The notes below the pieces were generated by a model. That model ran no database searches. It worked only from the letters and a program-made list of their open reading frames with translations, and was not told the origin of the DNA. This document shows positions 31,402-38,021 of a stretch of 38,021 bases of DNA, piece after piece. The first letter of the stretch is position 1. Each line of letters starts with the position of its first letter. Position numbers and translations under genes: made by a program. Source of the DNA: an uncultured Candidatus Saccharibacteria bacterium. Its GTDB lineage: Bacteria; Patescibacteriota; Minisyncoccia; UBA6257; UBA9933. The stretch spans positions 1 to 38,021 of the forward strand of contig CAZLYJ010000001.1 in the NCBI GenBank assembly GCA_964563845.1, read 5' to 3'.

Positions 31402-31623
31402 TTAAAACAATCTTTTATTGCAAAGCGTGCAATATCCTCTGCCTTCCCAACCCACCGGATAATCAATATCCGCTCCGCAACACTGGCTTTTAAATCCAAA
31501 ATATATTAAAAATTTGAGCCAAAGATTATCTTTACGGAGGCGACCGTGAATAAAGCGGGTTTTTAACATTCTAATAGCTAAATTGCCTAAAAAAAGAATT
31601 TGAGATATTTTTTCTTTTTTCAT
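31402..31623 (-). CDS. Hypothetical Cys-containing protein (73 aa)
   Basis: Track ORF with C-terminal CCGAD...CTLC. It is the last gene of the minus arm. Confidence 0.5.
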   Translation of the reverse strand: MKKEKISQILFLGNLAIRMLKTRFIHGRLRKDNLWLKFLIYFGFKSQCCGADIDYPVGWEGRGYCTLCNKRLF

Positions 31624-31776
31624 AAATTTATATGAATTTAAATAATATTTTAACTATTGCAATGTCCGTGAGTATTGAAAATAAAATACAAAAAATAATC
31701 ATAGACACGGTTGGAAATCCAATATCTTTTTTTTCAATATTTTGCCTTTCCCAAAGAAATAAAGTAATTGAAGTTA

Positions 31777-32076
31777 TCATAAAACTATCCCTTTGCTTTC
31801 AGCTATTTTTTTAATAATATCCCGCTCATTGTTGCGAATGCGCTTATAGCTCCGCCATTTATCCATTGATTTGTCAGAGTCTTGACTTTCAATCTCGTCC
31901 CATTTTTCTGTGAGTGTATTCATTAAAAGCAGTAGGAGTTTTTTGGTGATGTCTTTTTCAAAAGAAGTGAAAGCCAAATCCAGTTGATTCTCAAAAACAC
32001 TTTCATCAATATTACCATCGTGGTCTATGCCATATTGAAGCGTTATAATCAATCCTTTGATTATTTCTTTTTTCAT
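31777..32076 (-). CDS. Hypothetical acidic protein (99 aa)
   Basis: Track ORF. Confidence 0.5.
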   Translation of the reverse strand: MKKEIIKGLIITLQYGIDHDGNIDESVFENQLDLAFTSFEKDITKKLLLLLMNTLTEKWDEIESQDSDKSMDKWRSYKRIRNNERDIIKKIAESKGIVL

Positions 32077-32079
32077 AAA

Positions 32080-32343
32080 TCAAAACTTCAATCCGTCAGA
32101 CAAAGGAATTTTATCGTATTCTTCATTGGATATGTTAATAATTTTATTATCATCTATCCCGCTTCTTTGTAAAAAAGTTAACAAGGCTTTGACATCAAGA
32201 CTATCGCCAAAGACATATTTTTTATTATGGATAACTAAGGCGAAGCTTCCATTCGCGCTATTGCGAATTATTTTATTTTCGTATAAAGGGTTAATATAAT
32301 TCCTGCCGTCCTGTAAAATCCAATCGTAGTAAAGACCTGTCAT
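32080..32343 (-). CDS. Free-standing paralogue of the endolysin C-terminal (putative cell-wall-binding) domain
   Basis: YENKIIRNSANGSFALVIHNKKYVF...INISNEEYDKIPLSDGLKF aligns with YENKIVRNSTNGEYAFVLNGKRRVI...ISITEADYKKIPLGDNF of the neighbouring M23 protein. Confidence 0.6.
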   Translation of the reverse strand: MTGLYYDWILQDGRNYINPLYENKIIRNSANGSFALVIHNKKYVFGDSLDVKALLTFLQRSGIDDNKIINISNEEYDKIPLSDGLKF

Positions 32344-32347
32344 ATTT

Positions 32348-32932
32348 TTAAAAATTATCTCCTAATGGGATTTTTTTGTAATCCGCTTCGGTAATACTGA
32401 TAATATCGTCTTTGATGAGGCCGCGATCAATGGCCGTGAGAGCGGCAAGGCCAGCTCTTTGAGCGGTTATTACCCGCCTCTTGCCATTAAGCACAAAAGC
32501 ATATTCGCCATTCGTGCTATTGCGCACTATCTTATTTTCGTAATTTGTCATAGATAATATTTCTTTAATTATAATTTCGGGGTCAAGGCGGATTCCTCCG
32601 CCACTGACTATTTGGATATGAAGATGTTTACCCGAAGTAATTGAGCCGGTATTTCCCGATTTGGCGATAAGCTGATCTTTTATTATTTTATCGCCAATAA
32701 CTAATCCGGCTTCATATTCGCTTAAATGAGCAAATTGCCAGCTTCTGCCTTGCTCGTCTGTAATATGAAGCCATTTCCCACCCTCATTGCCCGTATAAAT
32801 ATTTCTCACAACCCCTTTAATCGGTGAAACAATCCCCTCGTAATCAGCTTGATAATCAACCGCGCCTCCCAATCCCGCGGCGATATGCTCTTTGAATCCC
32901 CTAATGAGTTTTCTACTTTCAATGGTGAACAT
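32348..32932 (-). CDS. M23 peptidase endolysin with C-terminal binding domain
   Basis: AVDYQADYEG.VSPIKGVV, then AKSGNTGSITSGKHLHIQI (the HxH motif of M23 metallopeptidases). The C-terminal approximately 67 aa form a separate domain that begins at the internal Met128 (ATG at 32551). Confidence 0.85.
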   Translation of the reverse strand: MFTIESRKLIRGFKEHIAAGLGGAVDYQADYEGIVSPIKGVVRNIYTGNEGGKWLHITDEQGRSWQFAHLSEYEAGLVIGDKIIKDQLIAKSGNTGSITSGKHLHIQIVSGGGIRLDPEIIIKEILSMTNYENKIVRNSTNGEYAFVLNGKRRVITAQRAGLAALTAIDRGLIKDDIISITEADYKKIPLGDNF

Positions 32933-32935
32933 ATT

Positions 32936-33349
32936 TTATTTATATTTTTTCTTATTCCAAGATATTATTCCTTTTTTAAACTGTGTATGTATCATTTTTT
33001 TCATTACTTCAGGATGTCCATTTTTCGTATGTTGTCCGTGTGTGGCGAAAAGTATAAGATTTTCAATCCGATTGTCTTTTGGATCGCCGTTGATATGATG
33101 TACTACTTCTTCTTTTGTAAGATAGCGTCCGATTTTCTTTTCCATTATAAGGCGATGTTCGGCAATATGTCCTTGTTTATTGGAAAAAGGATGTTCGGGT
33201 TTAAAAATATACCAATATCCGCTTCTTTCAATTTTTCCTTTAAATCGCGGCCTTGGATTATGTCCGCGTTTAAATTTGGCTTTTTTCCTTAATTTATTTA
33301 TTGCGGGTATTTTTTCTTTACATCCGCATTTGCAATATATGTATTTCAT
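32936..33349 (-). CDS. Free-standing HNH homing endonuclease (HNH_3-like)
   Basis: GHIAEHRLIMEKKIGRYLTKEEVVHHINGDPKDNRIENLILFATHGQH. The track ORF is trimmed to the ATG at 33349 because the GTG at 33367 abuts, and the next two codons are, the -10 hexamer. Confidence 0.8.
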   Translation of the reverse strand: MKYIYCKCGCKEKIPAINKLRKKAKFKRGHNPRPRFKGKIERSGYWYIFKPEHPFSNKQGHIAEHRLIMEKKIGRYLTKEEVVHHINGDPKDNRIENLILFATHGQHTKNGHPEVMKKMIHTQFKKGIISWNKKKYK

Positions 33350-33358
33350 AATGTAGTT

Positions 33359-33386
33359 ATTATACACTATGAAATATATTTGTCAA
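33359..33386 (-). promoter_or_regulatory. Perfect consensus promoter (TTGACA-16-TATAAT), 9 nt from the HNH ATG
   Basis: The minus strand reads ttgaca aatatatttcatagtg tataat aactacatt ATG. Confidence 0.65.
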
Positions 33387-33446
33387 GTTTTATACCTTTC
33401 GGTATTTTTTCGTAATTATCTATGGGTATTCTCATATTAAATTTAT

Positions 33447-33611
33447 TTATTTAATTAAATCTTTAATGTTAACCCGCTCAATGTTTTTATAATTCAATTC
33501 AGTTTTTTTGCTTCTCCGCCACGCGATCTTCAACATCAAGGATAGAGGCATATAGCTTTTATGCTTTTGGCGGATATTATTCAATCGGCGAAAGAAGCGG
33601 AGGAGTTTCAT
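33447..33611 (-). CDS. Hypothetical basic 54-aa protein (not in the ORF track)
   Basis: Translation: MKLLRFFRRLNNIRQKHKSYMPLSLMLKIAWRRSKKTELNYKNIERVNIKDLIK. The ATG lies 7 nt after the upstream HNH stop codon. Confidence 0.3.
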   Translation of the reverse strand: MKLLRFFRRLNNIRQKHKSYMPLSLMLKIAWRRSKKTELNYKNIERVNIKDLIK

Positions 33612-33618
33612 AAAACAA

Positions 33619-34242
33619 TTATTTGAAGTTTCTTTTTTCCAAATTGAATCGCTGAATTATAATTTTCGGTAAATATATCAAAGGTGTCGCCTTGCCATAA
33701 CCAATCCATCCTTTTTTTTGTATATGCGGATGATTATTCATAAAATATTTTCTACCGCAATGATATTTTTTAATCTTTAATCCTCTATTATACCCCATAT
33801 CCATTTGAGAAGTATGCAGATGATGATGTTCTGAATCGGTTAATAATCGTAGATTTTCAATTCTATTATCATCTCTAATCCCGTTAATATGATGTACTTG
33901 CTCCCATTTTTCCAGTTGCCGTTTAATGTGTTTTTCCATTACATAGCGATGTTCAAGAATTTTTTTACTTGTTTGCGGATGATTCAATACTTTATATCCT
34001 GTTGCTTTATGCAACCAACCCTTTCCTTTTCCTTTATTCGGATTTAGTGTTGTTCGTTTTCGTCCAGTCATTTTACTACTTACTGTTTTCCAATAACATT
34101 TACGCGAGCAGTATTTTGATTGATTCCAGTCTTTTGAAGATTGAAATGTTGATCCAAAATAAATATTTTCACAAACTTCACAATTCTTTTGTTTTGTCTT
34201 GTCTTGATTGAGTTTTTTATTTCTAATTCGTTTCTTCAACAT
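33619..34242 (-). CDS. Free-standing HNH homing endonuclease (HNH_3-like)
   Basis: [49 protein letters not shown], with an N-terminal CEVC...CSRKC. The ATG at 34242 is preferred over the TTG at 34266. Confidence 0.8.
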   Translation of the reverse strand: MLKKRIRNKKLNQDKTKQKNCEVCENIYFGSTFQSSKDWNQSKYCSRKCYWKTVSSKMTGRKRTTLNPNKGKGKGWLHKATGYKVLNHPQTSKKILEHRYVMEKHIKRQLEKWEQVHHINGIRDDNRIENLRLLTDSEHHHLHTSQMDMGYNRGLKIKKYHCGRKYFMNNHPHIQKKGWIGYGKATPLIYLPKIIIQRFNLEKRNFK

Positions 34243-34750
34243 ATATGGGTAATTTTTTAATGCCAAACCTTATGGCACTAATTATATTATACCCATAATA
34301 CCAGTCAAGGCGATTCTTGCCAGAATAGCGTTTATTCATTCGATCCCGCACCGTGCAAACTCCCAAACCGGCAATTTTAATCTTTGTGCCGAATTTATAA
34401 TCATTTGAAGCGCAAGTATTCTCATTTTTTTGATATAATTTCCAAATATTTTGTCCATTGGCTGATATTTCCGGAGTATCATCTGTTTGTTTTGGATCGG
34501 ATGTATAGGCTGTTATTGTCGCCCAAGCGGTATATGTCTTTTTCGCTTCAAATGGACAAACGACTTCTTTCAATCCGCAGATAATCTCATCGTCTTCCGT
34601 TCTCGCTTCCGCCGACTCGGGAGGAAGAACCTCCTCAATGCTTGTCGTAAGAGATTTTTCCCCGCGGCCGGCAGAAGCCATAACGGAAAATCCTATAATG
34701 AATAATGTTGATAAGACGGCAAATGGAATAACCTGATACTTATTTTTCAT
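34223..34750 (-). CDS. Secreted/anchored 3D-domain cell-wall hydrolase
   Basis: The N-terminal hydrophobic anchor is [21 protein letters not shown]. It is followed by [23 protein letters not shown]...[23 protein letters not shown]...LDWYYG, a 3D-domain pattern. Confidence 0.75.
   Translation of the reverse strand: MKNKYQVIPFAVLSTLFIIGFSVMASAGRGEKSLTTSIEEVLPPESAEARTEDDEIICGLKEVVCPFEAKKTYTAWATITAYTSDPKQTDDTPEISANGQNIWKLYQKNENTCASNDYKFGTKIKIAGLGVCTVRDRMNKRYSGKNRLDWYYGYNIISAIRFGIKKLPIYVEETN
34281..34308 (-). promoter_or_regulatory. Near-consensus promoter (TTGACT-16-TATAAT) for the HNH gene, inside the 3' end of the 3D-domain gene
   Basis: The minus strand reads ttgact ggtattatgggtataa tataat, 38 nt upstream of the ATG at 34242. 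Confidence 0.55.
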
Positions 34751-34889
34751 ATTCGGTAATTAAGTGGCAAAGACAATTTTCGTCTTCACAATAATCTCGT
34801 GAAGTCGGGTGAGCAATGTTAATATGCCAGCATTTTTTACAATGGTTAGCCTCATTAGTCATAAATTGATTCTTTGTCTCATTTTTCAT
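34740..34889 (-). CDS. 49-aa Cys/His-rich protein (not in the ORF track)
   Basis: Translation: [49 protein letters not shown]. It overlaps the start of the 3D-domain gene by 11 nt. Confidence 0.4.
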   Translation of the reverse strand: MKNETKNQFMTNEANHCKKCWHINIAHPTSRDYCEDENCLCHLITEYEK

Positions 34890-34892
34890 ATT

Positions 34893-35171
34893 TTAGTACT
34901 TAACTTTTAGTAATTCCATTTGTTCTTTTGCTATTCGTTCGCGGCCAATCGCATAAGCGAAAATAAACATATCTTCCATTGTTCCACGAGTAATTATTTT
35001 AGAATATACTTCATATTCTTCTTTTATCAGTTCCGGTTTTTTCATATTGCTTGTGGGTGTTTCCATATTTTTTTGTGATATTTGTTTGCAATTTTCACAA
35101 ATTTGGAAAACGCCTCCGCTATTCCTAAAAGAATTTTTAGCGTTTGGATTACAATTTGCGCACATCTTCAT
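34893..35171 (-). CDS. Zinc-ribbon protein (92 aa)
   Basis: CANC...CENC near the N-terminus. Confidence 0.5.
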   Translation of the reverse strand: MKMCANCNPNAKNSFRNSGGVFQICENCKQISQKNMETPTSNMKKPELIKEEYEVYSKIITRGTMEDMFIFAYAIGRERIAKEQMELLKVKY

Positions 35172-35240
35172 ATATTTTAATCTTGATTTTTCATAAACAA
35201 TTAGCTTTTACTAATTTGTCTATTTCGTTTTTCATAATAT

Positions 35241-35372
35241 TTATTCTTTTATTAAGTCTTGGATATTTATCCCGGCTTTTCTTTCTTTACCAGTTATCTC
35301 GCATTTATGTTTCTTTTCTTTTTGGCACTTGTCCTTTCCTTTTGAACGGCTTTTTTGCGCGGGGGTTTTCAT
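35241..35372 (-). CDS. 43-aa highly basic peptide (not in the ORF track)
   Basis: Translation: MKTPAQKSRSKGKDKCQKEKKHKCEITGKERKAGINIQDLIKE. The ATG lies 3 nt after the upstream stop codon. Confidence 0.3.
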   Translation of the reverse strand: MKTPAQKSRSKGKDKCQKEKKHKCEITGKERKAGINIQDLIKE

Positions 35373-35375
35373 AAA

Positions 35376-35570
35376 TTATTCCTTCGGTTCTTTAAATAAC
35401 AAATAAATCAGATACGCAATTCCCGCCAAAAACAACAACCTTTTATTATTCAAAATTAAGTTTTTCATATTATTCAAAGAGTTAGTAATAAATTCTGAAA
35501 TATTTTCTTGAGTCGGAAAGTTCATAATCCCCTTTCTAAAAATTTTTGAAGAATAGGTAAGAAATCCCAC
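35376..35570 (-). CDS. Small C-terminally anchored membrane protein (64 aa)
   Basis: Track ORF with the hydrophobic tail LLFLAGIAYLIYLLF. Confidence 0.45.
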   Translation of the reverse strand: MGFLTYSSKIFRKGIMNFPTQENISEFITNSLNNMKNLILNNKRLLFLAGIAYLIYLLFKEPKE

Positions 35571-35965
35571 AAAAATTTAATAATAATAATCCAAAAAATA
35601 ATTTTAATGATATACGGCATAGCTATGAAGTTTTTAATAGTAATATTTTTCTTCGCGCTTTTGATCAAATTCTCTTTTAAAATTATTTCATCTTCAACGC
35701 TTCTCCATTGTCTCACAATTACGCTTCCTATTTTTAATGAAAAAGAAGTTATATCCTTGTCATTATGTTTAGGGCAAAACTGATATTTTCTCCAAGTCCT
35801 CGTTTCAATAGTTGTCCAATTCTCGGGATATCTTAAACTGGGGATATCCCTCGCGGTAGGAATAAAAATAGAATCGGAACATATATCACAAATGATGCGA
35901 ACATCCCATCCATATTTCCACCATTTTCGTTTTTTTAAATTATATTTTTGTGATGGATCGATCAT
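35522..35965 (-). CDS. Hypothetical Cys-containing protein with C-terminal TM helix (147 aa)
   Basis: CDIC...CPKH plus the hydrophobic segment IIKIIFWIIIIKFLW. Confidence 0.5.
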   Translation of the reverse strand: MIDPSQKYNLKKRKWWKYGWDVRIICDICSDSIFIPTARDIPSLRYPENWTTIETRTWRKYQFCPKHNDKDITSFSLKIGSVIVRQWRSVEDEIILKENLIKSAKKNITIKNFIAMPYIIKIIFWIIIIKFLWDFLPILQKFLERGL

Positions 35966-36317
35966 ACTGTTCTGAATTTGGGATCGGAATATCGGTTAAA
36001 GAAGCTATTTTATCCAAATAATTTGTGAATTGTATTTTATCTAATCGCGCGGTGCTGGCCGGTCTTTTATATTCAATCTTTTTTCCTTTGATAATCACTT
36101 GGCTGAATATCGGCGGCAGGAATTTTCTTTTAAAAAACTCATGCAGTTCTTGCGCGTCATTGCCGGTGTCATCGCCGATAATTTCCAAATATTTCCAATA
36201 AAGCCGATTCTGCGGAACATTCCTTTTGTCTTTTACTTTTTTGATGGCAATGATTATGTCCGGCTCAATCTTTTTCAAATATTCAATTCCTTTCCCGACT
36301 GAGCCGAAATAATCCAT
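35940..36317 (-). CDS. NinB/Orf-like recombination mediator (tentative)
   Basis: RNVPQNRLYWKYLEIIGDDTG and PASTARLDKIQFTNYLDKI parallel the lambda NinB segments RSLDQNRKLWACLGDVS and STSRMRVGEFAELLELI, recalled from memory. Confidence 0.45.
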   Translation of the reverse strand: MDYFGSVGKGIEYLKKIEPDIIIAIKKVKDKRNVPQNRLYWKYLEIIGDDTGNDAQELHEFFKRKFLPPIFSQVIIKGKKIEYKRPASTARLDKIQFTNYLDKIASLTDIPIPNSEQYDRSITKI

Positions 36318-36320
36318 AAA

Positions 36321-36878
36321 CTATTTTTTATCTTCCGGAGCAAAAGGTATTTCATTGAGAAAGTCATCGGGCATTTCCTCGTGAGCGGGCGCGATCCCTT
36401 TCATCGTATTTTGAATTTGCGTTCCCTCTTTTTCGTTGTCTCTTATTTTTTGTTGCAATTCTTGGACGGTCGGAGCCTCGGCAATGGCCTTTTTGTCTTC
36501 TTCGGTTAAAGGCGTATTATTGCGGGCGGGCGTGGTGGTATATACCACTTCCTTAGTTCCGGCCCCTTTGGCGTTGATCGTCATATCATACGGCATTGGC
36601 ACCTCGGTGAAAGCGTAGTCTTCCGACATTTGCAAACTCTCAATCTGCCGATAAATAGTATTGGCCATAAAGAACGGCTTGACTATTCCGTCTTTGCGGT
36701 CAATCACTTGGCATAACCATTTGAAAGTGAGCTGGTTTTTATAAAATGATTGATGCGGCAGGCATTCAGAGATCAGCCGGACGCGGTTCGCGCCCTCTGA
36801 TAATTTGAAATATTGGCCTTTTTCCAAATTGTATTCCTTTTTTACCGATTCGTAATTCGCGTTGAAGTTGAACTTCAT
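36321..36878 (-). CDS. Putative single-stranded DNA-binding protein
   Basis: 185 aa with an acidic C-terminal tail PDDFLNEIPFAPEDKK that resembles the SSB D-D-D-I-P-F tip. It lies next to recombination genes. Confidence 0.5.
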   Translation of the reverse strand: MKFNFNANYESVKKEYNLEKGQYFKLSEGANRVRLISECLPHQSFYKNQLTFKWLCQVIDRKDGIVKPFFMANTIYRQIESLQMSEDYAFTEVPMPYDMTINAKGAGTKEVVYTTTPARNNTPLTEEDKKAIAEAPTVQELQQKIRDNEKEGTQIQNTMKGIAPAHEEMPDDFLNEIPFAPEDKK

Positions 36879-36898
36879 AATGTTAATTTATTTAATTT

Positions 36899-37252
36899 TT
36901 AATAAGAATCAGTGGATAAATAATAATCTTCGTATAATGCTTTGTTTGAATTTTCATATTCTTCCTCGTCCGGCAGTCTTTCAGGATTTGTATTTTGCTT
37001 CTTAAAGTGTTCTATTTTTTCTTGTTGCTGGCAGACGAAACAAAGAAATTTTATTGCGTCAAAATTGTAAAATTCCATTATCGGATAAGAAATATACGAT
37101 CCTTCGTTAATGCAACCACCGCCGTAAATCTGAAACAAGCTGGCTAATGTCGCCGGTCTGGCGTCCCTCATCTTCTGCGGACTATCCGCGTCCATCTCTA
37201 TCTTCTCTTTGGCCAATAAGTTTTTTTTAATTTGCTCGTTATTTATATTCAT
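36899..37252 (-). CDS. Hypothetical protein (117 aa from the ATG at 37252; the track extends to 37330)
   Basis: The N-terminal 26 codons of the track ORF overlap a more plausible membrane mini-ORF in another frame. Confidence 0.45.
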   Translation of the reverse strand: MNINNEQIKKNLLAKEKIEMDADSPQKMRDARPATLASLFQIYGGGCINEGSYISYPIMEFYNFDAIKFLCFVCQQQEKIEHFKKQNTNPERLPDEEEYENSNKALYEDYYLSTDSY

Positions 37253-37404
37253 ATTGTGTGTAAAAAATAAAGGCGAATAATGGAAATCACCGTCCAAATA
37301 ATTATAATTCCGTAAATAATCCATAACCACGGGAAGATAACCGCCAGCCAGATAAGTCCAATAATTGTTAAAGAAAGTGTTGTTATGGATGATATGTCTC
37401 TCAT
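37237..37404 (-). CDS. 55-aa two-helix membrane peptide (not in the ORF track)
   Basis: Translation: MRDISSITTLSLTIIGLIWLAVIFPWLWIIYGIIIIWTVISIIRLYFLHTQYEYK. It is a paralogue of the adjacent 33-aa peptide. Confidence 0.4.
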
Positions 37405-37408
37405 AATT

Positions 37409-37510
37409 TTATTCGTTAATTGAAGTTAATAGCCAAATAATAATTATCACATATATAATCCATAGCCAGATAAGTCCGATAATTGTCGCCGATAATATTA
37501 AGCATCCCAT
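37409..37510 (-). CDS. 33-aa membrane peptide (not in the ORF track)
   Basis: Translation: MGCLILSATIIGLIWLWIIYVIIIIWLLTSINE. It shares TIIGLIWL...WIIY.IIIIW with the next ORF. The DNA repeat is gccagataagtcc[a/g]ataattgt. Confidence 0.4.
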   Translation of the reverse strand: MGCLILSATIIGLIWLWIIYVIIIIWLLTSINE

Positions 37511-37521
37511 AATAATATAAA

Positions 37522-37707
37522 TTATTCGCTGAAAAATCTAATTTTAATATTTTTTGGACTCCATTCTTTATTGATTTTCTCGCAAAGCTTTATTGCTTTT
37601 TCCGCTTCGTATTCCAGATTCCATATCGCGCGATTATCCGCTACATATCTTTGAATTCTTCGCGCATCCAAATTTCTGGCAATAATTTCAATTTTATTTG
37701 ATGTCAT
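37522..37707 (-). CDS. Hypothetical protein (61 aa)
   Basis: Track ORF, tightly packed. Confidence 0.45.
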   Translation of the reverse strand: MTSNKIEIIARNLDARRIQRYVADNRAIWNLEYEAEKAIKLCEKINKEWSPKNIKIRFFSE

Positions 37708-37921
37708 AAGTTTGCACTACTTGTAATAATTTTCCTTTGTAATATTGCGCTCTTTCGCCAATATCTCGGCCATCTATTTCAATGCGATATAAACAAGGCT
37801 CCCCCATATCATTACGATATTTTTGGATTTTATTCACCATTACTCCTTTTTCATTTTTTTCAAAAATATCAAACCTATAATTATGTCTTTTTAGAGTTGC
37901 TTCACTTTTTGGGTGTTCCAT
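37694..37921 (-). CDS. Hypothetical protein (75 aa)
   Basis: Track ORF, tightly packed. Confidence 0.5.
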   Translation of the reverse strand: MEHPKSEATLKRHNYRFDIFEKNEKGVMVNKIQKYRNDMGEPCLYRIEIDGRDIGERAQYYKGKLLQVVQTYDIK

Positions 37922-37929
37922 ATTTAATT

Positions 37930-38021
37930 TTAATTGAAGTCAACGTATAAATTTTTATGAAGGCGAATTAAAGATTGATAATGCTTGGTATCTGTTCGGC
38001 CTTTGATTATCAGATCGTCAA
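37930..38021 (-). CDS. 3' part of the junction-spanning 55-aa ORF (see 1..130)
   Basis: TAA at 37932..37930. The sequence from 37968 onward duplicates positions 1-54. Confidence 0.5.
   Translation of the reverse strand, partial: DDLIIKGRTDTKHYQSLIRLHKNLYVDFN
37968..38021. repeat. Terminal direct repeat, right copy (identical to 1-54)
   Basis: Verbatim 54-nt match to the window start. Confidence 0.97.

Noticed and set aside
35144-35374. Plus-strand 76-aa ORF in the minus arm
   Set aside because: It is a Leu/Phe/Ile/Ser-rich shadow frame antisense to tightly packed minus-strand genes, with no start signals.
1-38021. CRISPR arrays, tRNA/tmRNA genes, integrase/repressor/excisionase, reverse transcriptase with TR/VR repeats (diversity-generating retroelement, DGR), stop-codon reassignment
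   Set aside because: No regularly spaced direct repeats were seen. No GGTTCGAATCC-like T-loops or cloverleaf candidates were seen. No tyrosine- or serine-recombinase motifs and no YxDD reverse-transcriptase motif were seen. Long ORFs read through normally with the standard code. These are by-eye negatives and should be confirmed with tRNAscan, CRISPR finders and HMM searches.

Overview
The window is a complete, end-overlapping dsDNA phage genome. Its first 54 nt are repeated verbatim as its last 54 nt, giving a unique length of 37,967 bp. One small minus-strand ORF is intact only across that junction.

Gene content and order suggest a podovirus-like, apparently lytic phage. I recognised no integrase or repressor, no phage DNA or RNA polymerase, no tail sheath, tube or tape-measure set, no tRNA and no CRISPR array.

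Two transcription arms diverge at about 3.44-3.58 kb and converge on a bidirectional hairpin at about 31.36-31.40 kb.

Plus arm (3.6-31.3 kb), in order:
- small and large terminase, portal, scaffold-like protein and major capsid protein
- small Gly/Ala/Thr-rich head-associated proteins
- a three-gene glycosyltransferase/methyltransferase cassette
- adaptor-like and nozzle-like proteins
- five fibre-like genes, two with H-type-lectin-like C-termini
- three internal-core-like proteins, ending in a 1227-aa protein with an embedded zeta-toxin-like P-loop kinase
- holin-like membrane mini-proteins and RusA
- a structured non-coding island followed by a four-gene module with Shine-Dalgarno (SD) sites

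Minus arm (3.4 kb -> 1 / 38.0 -> 31.4 kb):
- a DUF4373-type replication organiser, a DnaB-like ATPase, an SSB-like protein and a NinB-like protein
- an M23 endolysin plus a free-standing copy of its C-terminal domain, and a secreted 3D-domain hydrolase
- many Cys4 mini-proteins

Six homing-endonuclease genes (five HNH, one LAGLIDADG) are scattered through essential modules. Four of them carry their own near-consensus sigma70-type promoter.

Observations most worth follow-up:
1. The glycosylation cassette and lectin-like modules sitting inside the virion module.
2. The zeta-like kinase inside the probable ejected giant protein.
3. The divergent control region. It has leaderless consensus promoters, DnaA boxes, and a roughly 70-nt promoter-to-terminator unit in front of the 28-kb late arm, which resembles a Q-like antitermination layout.
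4. Over-representation of perfect DnaA boxes next to the replication genes.
5. The structured non-coding island and autonomous small-gene module at 30.25-31.34 kb.

All functional calls rest on motif recognition by eye. No database search was run.
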